Positions 37,901-51,620 of a stretch of DNA of 64,000 bases are shown in pieces. Source of the stretch: Gonapodya sp. JEL0774. Its lineage: Eukaryota. How positions within the stretch are numbered: the first letter of the stretch is position 1; every line of letters starts with the position of its first letter. The stretch covers positions 1 to 64,000 of the forward strand of contig JADIIX010000055.1 of the NCBI GenBank assembly GCA_027604505.1, given 5' to 3'. Made by a program: the position numbers and the translations under genes. The notes below the pieces were generated by a model. It saw nothing but the letters and a program-made list of their open reading frames with translations, was not told the origin of the DNA and did not search any database.

Positions 37901-40771
37901 CGATCCTTGCCAAGCTCTCCAATGCCGTCTCTAGCCCCCTGAACACCGTAGACACGTCTCTCTCCGCCAGCGGCGATGACGTTCGGTGAACAATCTCATC
38001 GTTAGTGTAGTCACCCCGCTCAGCTCCGGTTTCCGTGCGCGTGTTCTCTGTCGAAAAAGGCTTTACCGGTGACTCCGGGAAAGGGAGCGTAGGGTCATCC
38101 GTGGGGAGGAGAAAAAGGCCGGATGCATCTGGGCGATGTGGGGTTTCAGAACGAAGTTCCACTCATGCCAGGTAGCAGCGCAACTCACCTGCCTCATCCC
38201 AATTCACTTCCGGACCTATCCCTTCCACCGATGCCTCTTCAAACCCGCTCCTTATGTGTCTGCTGCTATCACTCCCAATGACATCAACGGCACTGTCTCT
38301 CTTTGGTGGGTCGCTCTTCCCTTCTTTCACTTCCTCTGAAACCCCCTGGGCATCGCCTTCCCCTTCATCCACCACCAGCACTCCCCCTTCATCATCGTTT
38401 CCTTCCCATACACCTCGATTCGGGTTGAAACGCATGTTAGGGTGCCGGGTAGATACGAGATGCTGCATGGCGGCGGCGGAGGCTAGAAGTTCGGCGGATG
38501 CAAGTTGTGCATGGTTCAAACACAAGAGAGTCAGGGCCTCTATGCAAACGCACCTCTTCCTCCGATCGCACTCAAGTCGGTTATAACTCCCATCCGCCGT
38601 CGCCCTTGCGGGCCCGGTTGCAATTGAGAAAGAGGATGGCTTGAGACCTGTACCTGAACAGGCTTACTCCGGTGCTCCAACCTTTTCACCCTTTGAGCGT
38701 CCCCATCCTGCTTCGCGAGGGCAGGTACAACGACGGCGCAATCTTCCTCTCCCATGGTGCTTCCACCTCTTCCGGGAGACACCACATCCTCCAAAAAGTC
38801 AATGTCAGGCGGGTACTCTGTACAACTCGAGGCTGTGCGTTCCACCATAGGGCGGTGGAGGGATGGCCCATGTCCGTGAGATTGCGGAGCTCGTGGTGAG
38901 GCTGGGGTCGACATATCATTCAAGGGCACTATATCATTACCACTCCAGGTTCCCGGAGATGATTTCGCCCACTCAGACCACCCCTGTGGTCCTGGAGACC
39001 TCATGACAGGTGGTGGAGGACGGGAGTGTTCGTGCCAGTCCACTTGGTGGTTTGTCGCGTGTTGTAGCGGACCCGACGCTATAGAAGATACACTAGAAAG
39101 TTCAACACGAGAGGACGAGCGGGTGTGTGGGTGTGAGTGTGATGAGACGTTTGAATCGTGGGCCCGGGGAGTGACGTCCATCGAGGTGGACCGATTCCGA
39201 GATCGGTCGGCAGCGTACGATGCCGACACTTCCGTCCCACGCTCACCATAGAGATCAGTCGCGTACAAGGAAGACACCCCCTCATTCTCGGCGGCGGTCC
39301 GTGCTCCTCCTGTCCTCTTTCCCTCAGTCGGACGAGGACCATTAGACTCATCCTCCGGGACAAAGTCGTCCAAAAATGAGAATCCAGCAATGTAAGATCC
39401 ACCCAGGTTGCCCTCAACATCCTGAGCGTCGCCGCCCGTCTCATTCCCTGTGAGGGTGCTGAGATGGGCCGATTCACGAGGATCGCCAGGGTACGAGTTG
39501 CCCGCCTGGGAAGCATCTAAATCGACAGTATTGTGGCCATACTGAGCATTCTGATCATCGGTGCCATCGGCGCCCTCGATGGCGAACGAAGATCCACCAG
39601 CGAAGGAGGCAAAGTCATTTTGCGGCATGTTGGAACTCCCCCCATGGCCGGCAGAGCTGAAACCCCGCCTATCACCATAGTACTCGCCCATTCTCTCTTC
39701 CTCTTGGAAACCCTCTGTCTCATAGTCCACACCCACGTCCATGTCGGCACCGTCAATTATTGGCCCAACATCAACGTCCCTCAGTTCCTGGGCATAATCC
39801 CCTACTGACACGTTGGCCGACATGTCCGCAAACTCAGCACTGCGCACCGTAGAGGCAGCAGTTGCACGCATGGAGGAGCCATTTGATTGTATGCCCGATC
39901 CGGAGCGTGAGGTAGCAGCAGCGGAGTCTGTGTGCCACGGATGTGGTCCCGGTCGTGGTCGTTGTGAAATATCAGTACGCGAAGTGGACGATTTGTAGGA
40001 GGTGTAGGCTGATGAGAGGTTGGGTGACTGCGAGCGGAGGTTGGAGCTTGAGTGAGAAGTGGTCGTAGGGGCATCAGAAGTGTGCTCCAATTGGACTGCA
40101 GTTGCAGAGGACGAAGCGGCGGACGGTGGGTAGTTAAGTGACCGAGGAGTGTGCGAGTGACTAACATCCCTGTGGTTCGAAGTTGTTGGGGAAGCGACGG
40201 TAGTGGATGAGTCTGACAGAGGTGCGGAAGGGTGTGTAGCACTCGGGATGGGTGACACGACGGTGCGAGAAATTGAAGGGAAGGAACGTGACGGGGGGAG
40301 TGGAGAAGTAAAAAACTGGTGTACGCGGTCATGAGAGGGATGCGAGGCTGCGGAAATGTTGGGGCAGTGAGAAGAACTTTGGTCAGAGGGTCCTTGTGGA
40401 GGGACAAAGAGTTGCTCCAGGGGTAAGGGACTGAAGATGTCGGCGAGCCGTGTGCCCTTCCACGGTGGCTGCGCCGGTGTGCGTGCGGAGCGGGTCGAGT
40501 TGATTCGACGCATGGAAGAAGGGGGTGAGGAGAGTCGAACAGACCCCAAGTCCACGACGGACCTTGTGTCGTCTGCATCATCGCCATGTACGTGTGACTG
40601 TGAAGGATCATCGGGCACACCAAATGCGTCTGGCTGAGGTTCCCAGTCCGTGTCCAGGTCGTGGAAGGGCGAGTCAAATCCGAGCATCATAGAATCCAAA
40701 AGTCCTCCACTGCCGTGAACACCGGCATCACCACGCCCCACTGCGAGTATCTCTGATGAGGCCTGCATCAT
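34982..40771 (-). CDS. Nud1/Cdc11-like LRR scaffold of the SIN/MEN pathway, multi-exon
   Basis: N-terminal DIFSPLPLEQLF motif, long disordered region, LRR array (LSYLRGVP..., LEVLDLAENQL, LRVLRLDGNRL) and cap LDLRYNPITRSFY...RRLAYRS...LSILDG. Confidence 0.8.
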
Positions 40772-41497
40772 TTGAGATAGCTCCAAGCTGAACGCGGTAG
40801 TAACTTCAAAGAAATAGTGTTGGACCTTAGAGTCCGCCGGCGGGCGGCAAATGGAGCAAAGACGGTAGACCTGGAGAACTCTGATCCGGGCTCGGGAGCG
40901 GTGAATCTTTAAGCAGTGCTGAGTTCTTTTCGCTCTCCGATGCAATCAAATCGCGATTCGCTCGGGAAGCTTGCGGTATGTGTGTTGGCGGGTGTCTCGG
41001 GATTGACGAACTGCGGTCCAAATACGAATTCGGTGCACAGATCACACTCATCTGATATACAGGATCACCTTGGCCTTTGCATACGCCTGGTCAGCATGTG
41101 TAAGATAATTGCTCAACCTCTATGTACAGGCAGCATTGGTCCAGTGAGATTCAGTGGGTGAGCCTACAGTGGAGAGAGTTGTTGAGGTGGTGAAAATACT
41201 TGTACAAAATGGCGTGACACATATCGATGCAGTGCACAGACCCCATCGTCCAAGAACACACGCCCGCATAACCAGCCCTTCTCCTCTGAATCTCCACCCT
41301 CAAGCTCTGATAACTGGTCACCTTTTAGAAGACAGATTGCGACTTGCGCCCTTGTCTGCTATTCTGGCCGCGTGTTTGCCTTCCGCCCCGCTCATCCGGT
41401 TCCACACGTCGAACGAAAGGGCTGTTCAAAGCCAAAACCACTCTCCCGAGTTACAGCCTCGATTCTTACACTGGATATTTGACGCGATTCCATCATC

Positions 41498-42731
41498 ATG
41501 ATCAACTGGTTCATCTGCTTCTCTCGACACGGAAAGATCCGGCTCAAACGTTGGTTAGTTCAGAGCTTATATCCCACTCCCACTCTGTTCTTTCAACTCC
41601 ACGACTGAATCTCTTATTGTTTAAATTCAACTTCGTGCTCTTCAGGTTCGTTACCTCAAGCCAGACTCAGGTGGCCAAGCAATGCAATGAAGCTGTGACG
41701 CTGGTCTTGGCAAGGAAGCCGTCCATGTGTAACATTCTAGAGCTACGGGAGAAGAAACTGATATACAGGAGGTGAGTTTGTCTTGGAGTATAGGATAGCG
41801 TCTTTTTGTAAAGGAAGGTTTCGACAAGGATTCTGGATGGGAAGGTTGAGCAGTACAAAATCTTGGAAAAAGAATGAAAGAACGATGTCACAATATTAAT
41901 CTCTTCAAAATAAAATATGCAGCAACGGGATACGCCGCAGCTGAAGGAAACCCATTTTCGCTTTCGCCACGTACTCATGAATGCAACATCATCTTCCTCA
42001 CCCATTTCTTCTAACGAAGATACGCCTCCCTCTTTTTCATGTGCTGTGTCGACTTTGAAGATAATGAACTCAGTGAGTTTTTTCACCTACCGAGTTTGTG
42101 GTCCACCCTCCTCTTCCGCTTTTGTGGTCGGGACCTGGTATTGTTCACGTCGTGTTGGAAGCGGTTCACGATAGTTCTTGAACGTTACAAAGGAACACAA
42201 TATTGTCGCCATACAGAATATGATGGCAAGCATAGTATCCAAAACGGAGTGCGACAAGAATAGGGATTGGAGCTCATCATACCCGCAACAGATCAGTACT
42301 ATGAGTGGTGGGGTGCACCATCATTCCCGTAGTCCCTAACATTCAGCTCTACAGCATTTATGAGTATCTTCTAATACTCTGCTTTATGTACCATTTGTCC
42401 TTTCCACCCTCTCGCACACACCCACCCTACACAGTCACTCTCGAAATCATCCACCGTTACGTTCAAGTCCTGGACGAGCACTTTGGAAATGTGTGCGAGC
42501 TGGATATCGTGTACGGAATGCAAGAAGCATTCGTGAGTATGGTTGTGATAAGTCCGCTTTGTGGATTTTGTGGGCCACGATGTATGCTTCATATCTCATT
42601 GAAAACTACCCGTGTCCATTGAACAGGTTATTCTCGATGAAATCATGATGAATGGGGAACTCGTTGAATCATCCAAAAAGGCCGTCGTCGGTGCGGTGAA
42701 GAAGATGAATGCGCATGAGCAGCACGAGTGA
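41498..42731 (+). CDS. APS1: Adaptor complex small (sigma) subunit, AP-1 sigma-like; 3' end may continue after an intron
   Basis: [28 protein letters not shown]...[10 protein letters not shown]...[46 protein letters not shown]. Confidence 0.88.
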
Positions 42732-43336
42732 GTGCGCACAATCAGATCCTTGGTGCTTGAGAGTTGATACTCATTCGGAACGGTTGTCCTTCTTCTCCCG
42801 GTATACCCATCCCTGTCCCGCAAAATATTTGACGAAATTTGTCCTCTTTCTACGACGACCCCGCGCCTTCTTTGCACCTACCGCCAACCCCCAGAGCGCA
42901 CGTAGGCGATGAGGCGCTTACTGCGCCGAAATTGGCTGTGAGGGGTTAGTGGAATCCCTAACGTCTTACGGCTCTTGGGATGACCGTGAACATGGTGAAC
43001 GGGTTCATATATTGCTTCTCCGGGGTCGTTCCCTTGAAGAATGTAGTAATCGGGTTAATGAAAGGTTTTTATAGAAATGTTATTTGTATGATGGAAGCTG
43101 CCCTGTCTGTGGAGGGTGGTGTGCCGTTGTCACACGGAATATCCGATCCCACTCCATCACGTCGTACATCGACGATGTCTGCCCTTATCCTTGGCGACTC
43201 GCAGCTTAATCCTCCACTTGCCGACTTCGCTTCGTTTGCTATCCCCTTGGGCCGGTCGCTGTCCGTTTCACCTCCACTTGACCCCTCCTCACCCACACCA
43301 AATCAACCAAATCCAACACAACAAGTCCAGAAATCG

Positions 43337-45887
43337 ATGTCAAAATCTCTAATATCAAATACAAAGAAAACACGCTCATCCGTCCCGTCCCGTGCCCTGC
43401 CCTCGTCTCCACTCGCTCCTTCGCCTGCGATTGATGGCATCTCAATGACCAAGCGCATGGAGTCCGAAAAGCACGTGGAGAAACTTCAAGAAAGAATGTT
43501 TTACAATGCAGTGTCCTTGGAGGAATTGGAAGCGGCGGTGGGTGTTGGTCGTTGTGTGCGAAGTGATCTTCGCATTTTCGAACGTTGTTGGAGGTGGCGA
43601 TTAGAATGCGGGTGGAAGGAGCGGATGTGACTGAGTGCAAAAGAACAAGTTTTCTTTCAGAATTCTAAGAGGTTCTTAAGGGTCGACGTGGTGGCTACTA
43701 CGAATCAAACGATGTGTGGATCGTCGAAGTCCCTAATTCTCGAACTTTCCGAATGAACTGACCGTGAATTTGGATATTCGCTGGCTCTCACAACTTCCTA
43801 CACACTGGTCCTGGCGCACGCAAAATAATAATTGTTAAGGCTCTGATATTCACTCCTGGCAACTACAACGATGTCATGGAGGAGCGGGAGCATGAGCACT
43901 TGTGTGGATATCCCTTGTGTGGCAAGCCTCCAAGAGTGAGTAGTTGGCATTCATTGGAAAGGCGATCACCAATGAGAGGTGACGAAATTTGGGGGGAATT
44001 TGAAAGCCTTCGGATAGGGAGATTGTTGTTCAGAATCCGGAAGGCCACAGTATCTGCGTTACTATCGACCACCGACAAAGTTACTTATACACATCACTGT
44101 CATAGACAAACCTTCCTCCCCATACTATCGTCTCTTCCCGCTTCGTCTCCACCTCTACCATGCGTCTATTTTGCTCAACTACTTGCATGGCCGCTTCAAG
44201 GTACCTGGCGGAGCAACTCGAAGAGGAGCCTGCATGGGCGAGAGCCGCAAGAGGGCAGAAGAAAGTTGATGTAGTCCCTCTTGGTGTGGATGTGAAGTGA
44301 GTGTCGGAGGAGCATTGAAGACGGATTTGCGAATGAATCCTCAGCAGTCCGTCGCTGCAGGGCGTACCTCTCTTCCAAGCAAATATCCGATCCCGTGCGC
44401 GCCTATGTAACCTCTCTCATCGCCTCCACGCCCCACATCACTCCTTCAACGTCGGTACCTCAACCGCCCCTACGCATCGTCGACCGACCCACGCCTATCG
44501 TCGTAACAGCAGTGAGGGCTGAGGGGGATCACACAATGTTGGAGGGACATGTACCAGCGTCGAAGGGTCAAAGGAAAATTCTAGCTAAATTGAGAGAGGG
44601 TCCAGACTCGGACGATGAGGATATTGAGCAGCACACTGGCGGGAACAGAGCGTCAACAATCGTGGGATCTCAAGCGCCGACCTCTCCCACAGGAAACACC
44701 ACTCATCAGGAGTCATCGCTTGGAAAACGTGTCCGCTTCCGCGGTACGGGGCCGGTTGTGGCTTCGTCCACTGCCGACGTTGACGATGATAACATGAGTG
44801 TGGATGGCAGCGACGAAGAGGAAGGTGACGATGATGACTGGGAGAAACGGTTATTTTCCGGATCAGACGCGATTCTCTTCCACGGGTTGGGTATGAGTAG
44901 AACGGGGGAACAGATGGACCTCGACAGCGGACCGTCGGCGCTCGAAGTCAGGGCAGGCGGGTCGCCCGCAAGTGCCAGCAATGACTTTGTTACAAGAGCC
45001 AGTCTAGCATCGAAAAAACGACTCCCCCAAAAGAAAAGTGGCAAATTGAAACCATCCCCATCCGCCACCACAGTAGCGCTTTGTGCGACGTCTTCCTCTT
45101 CTGCAGCCCCTCAGTCCGTCTTCTACAGTACTTCCGTCCTTGAACACTCCGAGCTCCCCTCCCCTGCTCCATACCGAACACTTTCCATCTCTTCTGCCAC
45201 TCCATCACCTCCACTCTCCCCCGACACCTCGAAGCGTCCTCCTAGGAGTGGCAAACCTCATCTCAGCACATTTAGCCAAACGTACTTGCTGCTGTCCCGC
45301 TCAGCTACACCCGCCACTCGGCGGGTGCTCAGAGGGGGCCCAAAAGTCGTCCTTGGCGCTGAAAGAGAGAGAGAGCTGGAGAGCGAAGCGTATGGTGTGT
45401 GGGGAGGAGAAGAGGAGGAACGAGAAAGGCGAGAGCTGTTGGGAGATAGAGTGGCAGGATGGTAAGTTTCGTCGTTGGGAATCGAATTGTTGGTGCCTTT
45501 CTGACGATTTGTGCGGATTCGTTTAGTATCTTCCATCTTCAATCCCGCTTCCCCTTCACAGCGCCTGCGTTGCCACTCGCCTTGGATCTTTGCGCAACTT
45601 TCACCCTCTCCGCTGAGGCGGCAGGCTCTGGGGAGCGAATTGTTATGGCCCTGGCAGCCGTATTATTGAGGAGGTACGTTGAGAGGTGGAGTAGTGTATG
45701 ACGAACTGAGAACAGGAACGCTGACGATGTTGTTCGTGCAATTGAAACACCATGGACCATCAGCCTGTCAAAGACGATTCTACCAGGGCTTGCAACAGAG
45801 CTGTCGGGGCGGTGGGAGAAACTTGCACTCGAGGTTGACTTGCTTGATGCATTTCAACTTGACGCGCTGACTGAGGCGTTGGAATGA
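43337..45887 (+). CDS. RPAP2: Rtr1/RPAP2 RNA Pol II CTD phosphatase family protein
   Basis: YNDVMEER...LCGYPLC and FCSTTCMAASRYLAEQLEEEPAW zinc-binding signature; C-terminal LSTFSQTY and LDAFQLDAL segments. Confidence 0.85.
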
Positions 45888-46092
45888 TTGTGTATGTCAG
45901 GAAAAGAGAGTGGGATTGTAAATAATTGTAGAAGATTTGAAAATGTATTATTTTACACATTAATGTTGTTGCGAAGTTCTTGTACAGTACACGAGCGTAC
46001 ACCAGACGAGATGCATTGTGGAGTGTCACAAAAAACACGAAACCAACGGCAATTAGTTTTACTTTGGCTCATCGGACTGAGATATAATCTCT

Positions 46093-49010
46093 TTAGCTCG
46101 AAAATGTACCTTGGAGGTACGCAATGAAGTCGTAACCTCCGGGGATCCCCGATTTTGGGGGAAGAACTTGAAGGAGTGCTTGAATAGTTTCAACCGGCAT
46201 GCCACTGTGTTGCATGTCTTGTTCGGTAATGTAATCCTGATGTGTCGCGGTATGTCAAACGCAAGTGGTTGCCCAAAGTGCTTCGAGATCTCACCTTCTC
46301 ACCCGCCACAGCCTTGAACGACGCCCTGAGCTGGTCGGGAGATGTTCTGTCCTCCTCCACAGACCTTACGTAAGTCACGAAAGGCTCAAAACCAATCTCG
46401 TCCTGTCCTGACGCCATCTGGCTGAAGACTGGCCCAACCTCGCTCTCATCAACACCAACACCAAGTGCCTGAAGCGAGGCTTTGAACTCCACCATATTCA
46501 GAGTGTTAGAGTTGTCTTTGTCAAAGTGCCGGAATGTCTCGCCGTACTCTTCGAGTTTCTCGGGTGGTATGTCAGTTCGCTGCCGGGCAACCATCTGGTT
46601 CGAGATGAACGCCCCCTTCTTCTGGACTGCCTGCTCGACAAGACCAAAATCAAAGCGAAGATCGTCCACAGTGTATATCCTGAGGCAAAGAGAAGTAAAA
46701 GAGAAGTATCAAAATTCTGTTGAAGGATCTTCCTCGCGAATAACATGTGATGCTCCTCACGTGTGCTCGTTGTCTTCAATGCCAGCCTCCTCGCTTTCGT
46801 GCCAAGCAGACTCGAGTGGCTGTAGGTGCCACACAACAGGGCTTAGTGCAAAGCGTATAAATCGATTGGAAACAGTAAATACCAACCGCGAATGTGGCAG
46901 ACAGATTCGAAAGTTCGTTGCGCAATTGATGGGTTATTTCCAACTGACTCTCCAGTTCGAGGTTCGTGTTGATTCCTGCCAATTTCTGAGAAATACCATT
47001 AAGAGTTGCCTGGAATCCGTTTGCAGTGTGGGCAAAACGGGTGCGGATCTCCTCCTTGATGCTGCCAAACCGGAGAAATGAAATTGAAAATGTGCCTGTC
47101 CCGTGATTTACCAACACCACTCACGAGCTGATAAATTTCGTGATGTTTCTCTTCCTTTGCGCTTCGTTGGAAACAAGTGCGTTCCATGCGTCATCAAGGT
47201 CCGCGAGGGAGAGACCAGCTGGTGGAACATATGAGTTCATGTTGTACGTCTTGAGTCTGGCGGTGAAATACTTCAGAGCCCATCAAAGCTAGACCAATGT
47301 GCTTTTACATACTTCGTCTGAATGTTTCCAAATAAGGTGTCCAGATCTCTCTTTTCTGCTACCCACTGCCTCTTAGTAGTAACCTTGTAGTTCTCAAATT
47401 CGACCAGCGCAGCCTTCGCGTCCCTATAGCCTACAAAGGAGCTAGTCCAGCTCCCTTGTACTTCAGATATGCCGGTCAAAAGGGCTCGCGCTCGACGCTC
47501 ATATTCGTTGGTCATCGCCCACGCTTGACCGGCAACTTCACCGAGCTTCCCGATACGGCGAGCCGCTGTTTCGACTTTGTCTGCAAGAAGAGCGCTTATA
47601 TCATTACCGGGTAACGTTTGATCAACATGAAATGAAGAAACAAACCAAGGGAGGAGAACGCGTGATAATACTGTGCAACGTATGTCATGATTGATCGCTC
47701 ATCCGGCTGCGTGGAAATACGTCGGATGAACAGAAGCACATCTCAACAAACACATTCTTCTTCACACCTTAGGAACGTCAGTGACGTCTTCAACGTCAAG
47801 GAGCCTCTGGAATAAAGAGAGTAACTCGACTTTAATGTGAATGTCGTCATATCTGGAGTCAATTCTCCACGTACAGGAATTCCCAAGTGCTTCTGCGCCA
47901 CATTGAAGGCAAGTTCCATATTATCATGCTTCTTGCTTTTGTCCAATGAGCTGAACTCAAGCAAGTCCGGGCGATGCTTGTGAATGAGAGCGCAGAACGC
48001 CAATCCATCCATCCATGAAAACGTGAACTCCCGAATATCCACTGCAGGCTTGTAGCCGGCGGTCTACAGTGCACAATTAAGTGATGAAAATCGTCAATCG
48101 AACAGTTGCCATAAGGCTTTCGAACGGACCTTGCGCTGGCACCAGAGAAGGAGACCTTCCTTAGCGGTCAAACCCTCAGCGCTAATATCGGCAATTGTGA
48201 ACCGGAGGATGATGGACCAAATAAGACCCAAGATGAGCTTTTGGTTTCCGTCAACAATGTCTTCAGCACCAATGTTGGTGAGGCCTATCAAATCCGGTAT
48301 GAGACAAGGAACCTTGTGTAGAAAGAAGTGTCAACGATGTACTCACCAACACCGCGGTGCTTAATAAATGCGAGTGCTTTGTTCATATTTTCGACTTTCT
48401 GAATCCGCATCTTGGGGTTCTTATTGTACTTGCCAAGATTCTCGTCGCCAATGATTTCTGTTTACAAGACAGCACAGACGCGTTCATCACGTTCATCAGC
48501 ATGTGGGCTGAAGCACATCTCAGCTTCATTTGGTTTCCGGTTGTCTGACTGACCGAGGAGCTGGATGAGCTTCTCTCCCGAAGATAGCTCCGTGTAAAGG
48601 TCTAAGATGGGCTCGATGTGTCTGACGGAGAGCTTGTTGTTCACCCAGTTAGTGAAAGTCTTCTTCTGAATGGTCTATTGGCATACAGATTATTCGAAAT
48701 ATGTCAATGCGTTTGGATGTGAATGGAGCGAATGATGGGGTTGATTCAACGAACCTCCCATGTTCTATCCTTAAGGGGAGGCGGTTGAGGAGGAGCCTGG
48801 ACGAGAGAAGCAGTTACATTGATAAGTAGTCAATCAACAAGAGCATGTGTCCCATGAGGGAAGTGTGCGGTGGTTCAAGAATATACGCCGAAGTTCAAAT
48901 TAGATGAAACGTACCTCCCGCGACGCGGTTGACCCAATCTGCCCATCAATGGACAGGTCACCTTTGCTGCCAGGGTTCGACGTACGCGGCTGCGCTATTC
49001 GGGATGCCAT
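46093..49010 (-). CDS. ain1: Alpha-actinin (2 CH domains, 2 spectrin repeats, EF-hands), multi-exon
   Basis: [93 protein letters not shown]. Confidence 0.95.
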
Positions 49011-49171
49011 TCGATTTGGAGAAACTGATTTCGAAAACAGGATTAGTGGGGACAATCGCAGATGGGTTGGACATGAGGCCACAGGAACTCAAATCAATGT
49101 GCATTTCACAAAAGACTATTCTGTCAAGCAAAACGTAGTACTTCTAACAATACTCCCACCACGTGGTTTGT

Positions 49172-51256
49172 TCATTCTGATTTAAGCCATATGTCAACTC
49201 AGCGCATTATGCTGTGCATACATAGTATCACTTACTTTTCTCAAACATGTTCCGGATATCAAGGGTTGAAAGACTCTGTGTTTTAAAGGCGTTGGTAAAT
49301 TCAGCACCCAGGTGGTTCTTGAGAGATGTTCACAAACCTTGGGTCGCTCAATGGGGAATCCGAGAATCCTGTCCCAAGTTACACCAGCCAGGGCACCTAA
49401 TGCTCGCGAGACCCCGAACATGACTGTGTAGTAGTCCTCTTCGACAAGACCATAGTGCTTATCACGAATATAAGAAATGTCAGGTTGACGATGAACGAGA
49501 CTAGACTAAGTACGTCAAATCTCACTCACCTGAAGCAGGACGCCAGAATGAGCGTCTACATTGGGCCACGGGTTCTTGGTTTTTCCGTGCTCAGTCAGAA
49601 CGGCAGGTACAATGTTGTAAAGCTGGCTCACGAGTTTGAAGAGAGCATCGTTAGGTAAGTGCTTGAGGGCGAACTCCCTCTGGCAAGTATAACGGGGGTC
49701 GGTCTTCCTCAGAACAGCGTGGCCGTATCCGGGAACAACTTGACCGCCCTTCAATGTCTTCCAGATGTAGTCCCTTACTTGTTCGTCGGTAGGTTGGAGA
49801 CCCACAGACTTCTGCATGTTCATGACCCATCGCAAAACTTCCTGGTTTGCCAAACCGTGAAGAGGCCCAGCCAAACCGTTCATGGAAGCAGCGTAGCAGT
49901 AGTAAGGGTCAGACAACGCAGAGCCCACCAAGTGAGCAGTATGAGCGGAAACATTTCCGCCTTCATGATCTGAGTGGATTGTCAAGTAGAGTCGCATGAG
50001 GTCGACAAAGCTCTTATCAGAGAAGCCCAGAAGCTTGGCGTAGTTGGCACCCCAATCAAGCTTGGGGTCGATTTCTCCCACGATCCCGTCCTTGTACACG
50101 TTGCGATATATACGAGCGGCAACGAGGGGCAACTTTGCGATGAGGTCCATTGTGTCTTCGAAAACATACTCCCAGTAAGTGCTGCGGTGGACGCCCGAAG
50201 CATAAGCTTTCGCAAACTTGCTCTCGTGCTGCAGAGCATTGACCGCCAAGGCAAGCTGACTCATGGGATGGAGTGTGTTCGGGCACCGATCAAGAATATC
50301 AATGACATGAGCGGGAATAGCGGAGCGGGCGGCCCATTCGGCCGAAAGACCTTTAACCTCTTCGGAAGTGGGTATTTCGCCAGTCATAAGGAGCCAAAAA
50401 AGTCCCTCCGGGAGGGGTTCGGAGCCTCCCTCTGCAGCCGGAAGGAGCTTCTGGCACTCCGGGATCGTGTAGCCTCGGAAACGGATACCCTTTTCAAGAT
50501 TCAAATAGTTATAAAACGAATAATCACTTTGACACAAATTACGGAAACACACTGCGTACCTCATCTGCGTCCAGGACTGAACCTTCCCAAATGAGACCTT
50601 TGATTCCTCGCATGCCGCCGTAAGCCTACCAGAGAGCCTTTTCAAGACACCTTGCACTACTGATGGATGTCTAATAGAAGATCTAGCTCACCATGTCAAC
50701 GGTTACGTTACCCAGAGACTTCGCACCGTAGGTGGTTCTGATGTATTTGACCTCCTCAACTTTCCCCGGGATAATCTCATCCAGTCTCTGTCTCAAACTC
50801 TAAGTTGAAAAGAAAGGAAAGTTCGAACACACGTGTAATGGGCGCGAACAACGAATAATTGCGGTGAGAGGGACTTGTTGGTGAAATGGCAGAGAGTGCT
50901 CGATTCCAAGAGCTCACTTTCGTTGCTATTGATGCCTGTGTAGCGTAACATCTCTGGAGGGCAGTAAATCCAGTGGAGGTGGAACGGGCAAAGCTGCCAA
51001 CAGTTCTTGAACTCGGCTATGGCAAGTGCGACGTGTTCAGTATCCCATCACCACGGAGGGCGTGCGGAATCAGGAGAGAAGAAAGTTTAGCGATTGAGAG
51101 CGAGTGTGGAAGGGGGGATTGCCTCGGACTCGCAAGTGGATTGAGTATCCGATTGAGTTGTTCGGGAAGCACAATCATTCCCGCCATCAGCGCCGCCAGA
51201 TTGCTCAGAAATCTCACCAAAGAGGCTGCGAGTGTAGATGCACGAATTCCAAGCAT
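49172..51256 (-). CDS. CIT1: Mitochondrial citrate synthase, multi-exon
   Basis: [88 protein letters not shown]. Confidence 0.97.
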
Positions 51257-51620
51257 AGCTTCTCAATTTGGAGGGGTGGAACGGAAGCTGCTCCAGTTGA
51301 AAAAAAAATATTGGCAGGGAGTAACCGGGGTGTGTGTATGAACGAGGGCCTAATCAATTATCCGGGGGCTCGTCATGTTTCCGAAGGTGAACCGGAACAA
51401 ACAAGTCACGTTTCACTCACATATCGGCATTACGAAAATTATGCGTCTGCGGATAACTCTATCTTTTGCACGGATGGGAGGGGGTGGGGAGGAGAGCGAA
51501 AGAGGGGCGCTTCAAAACGAATGAGGGATAGTTAGATAGTTTATTTTTCTGCTTCTCGCGTTGGCGCAAATGACAATTTCTTGATTATAATGAATAGCTG
51601 GGACAAGGAATATGCAAAGA

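Noticed and set aside
41772..43840. Intronic snoRNAs or alternative exons in the longer AP-sigma and Rtr1 introns
   Set aside because: No convincing C/D or H/ACA box arrangement or duplicated exon seen by eye
46093..46170. Apparent frameshift at the alpha-actinin C-terminus
   Set aside because: Recounting the G-run gives a continuous frame [24 protein letters not shown]
49172..49240. Cryptic peroxisomal isoform of citrate synthase via the terminal intron
   Set aside because: Spliced (-EKK) and unspliced (-KSK) ends are not PTS1 signals
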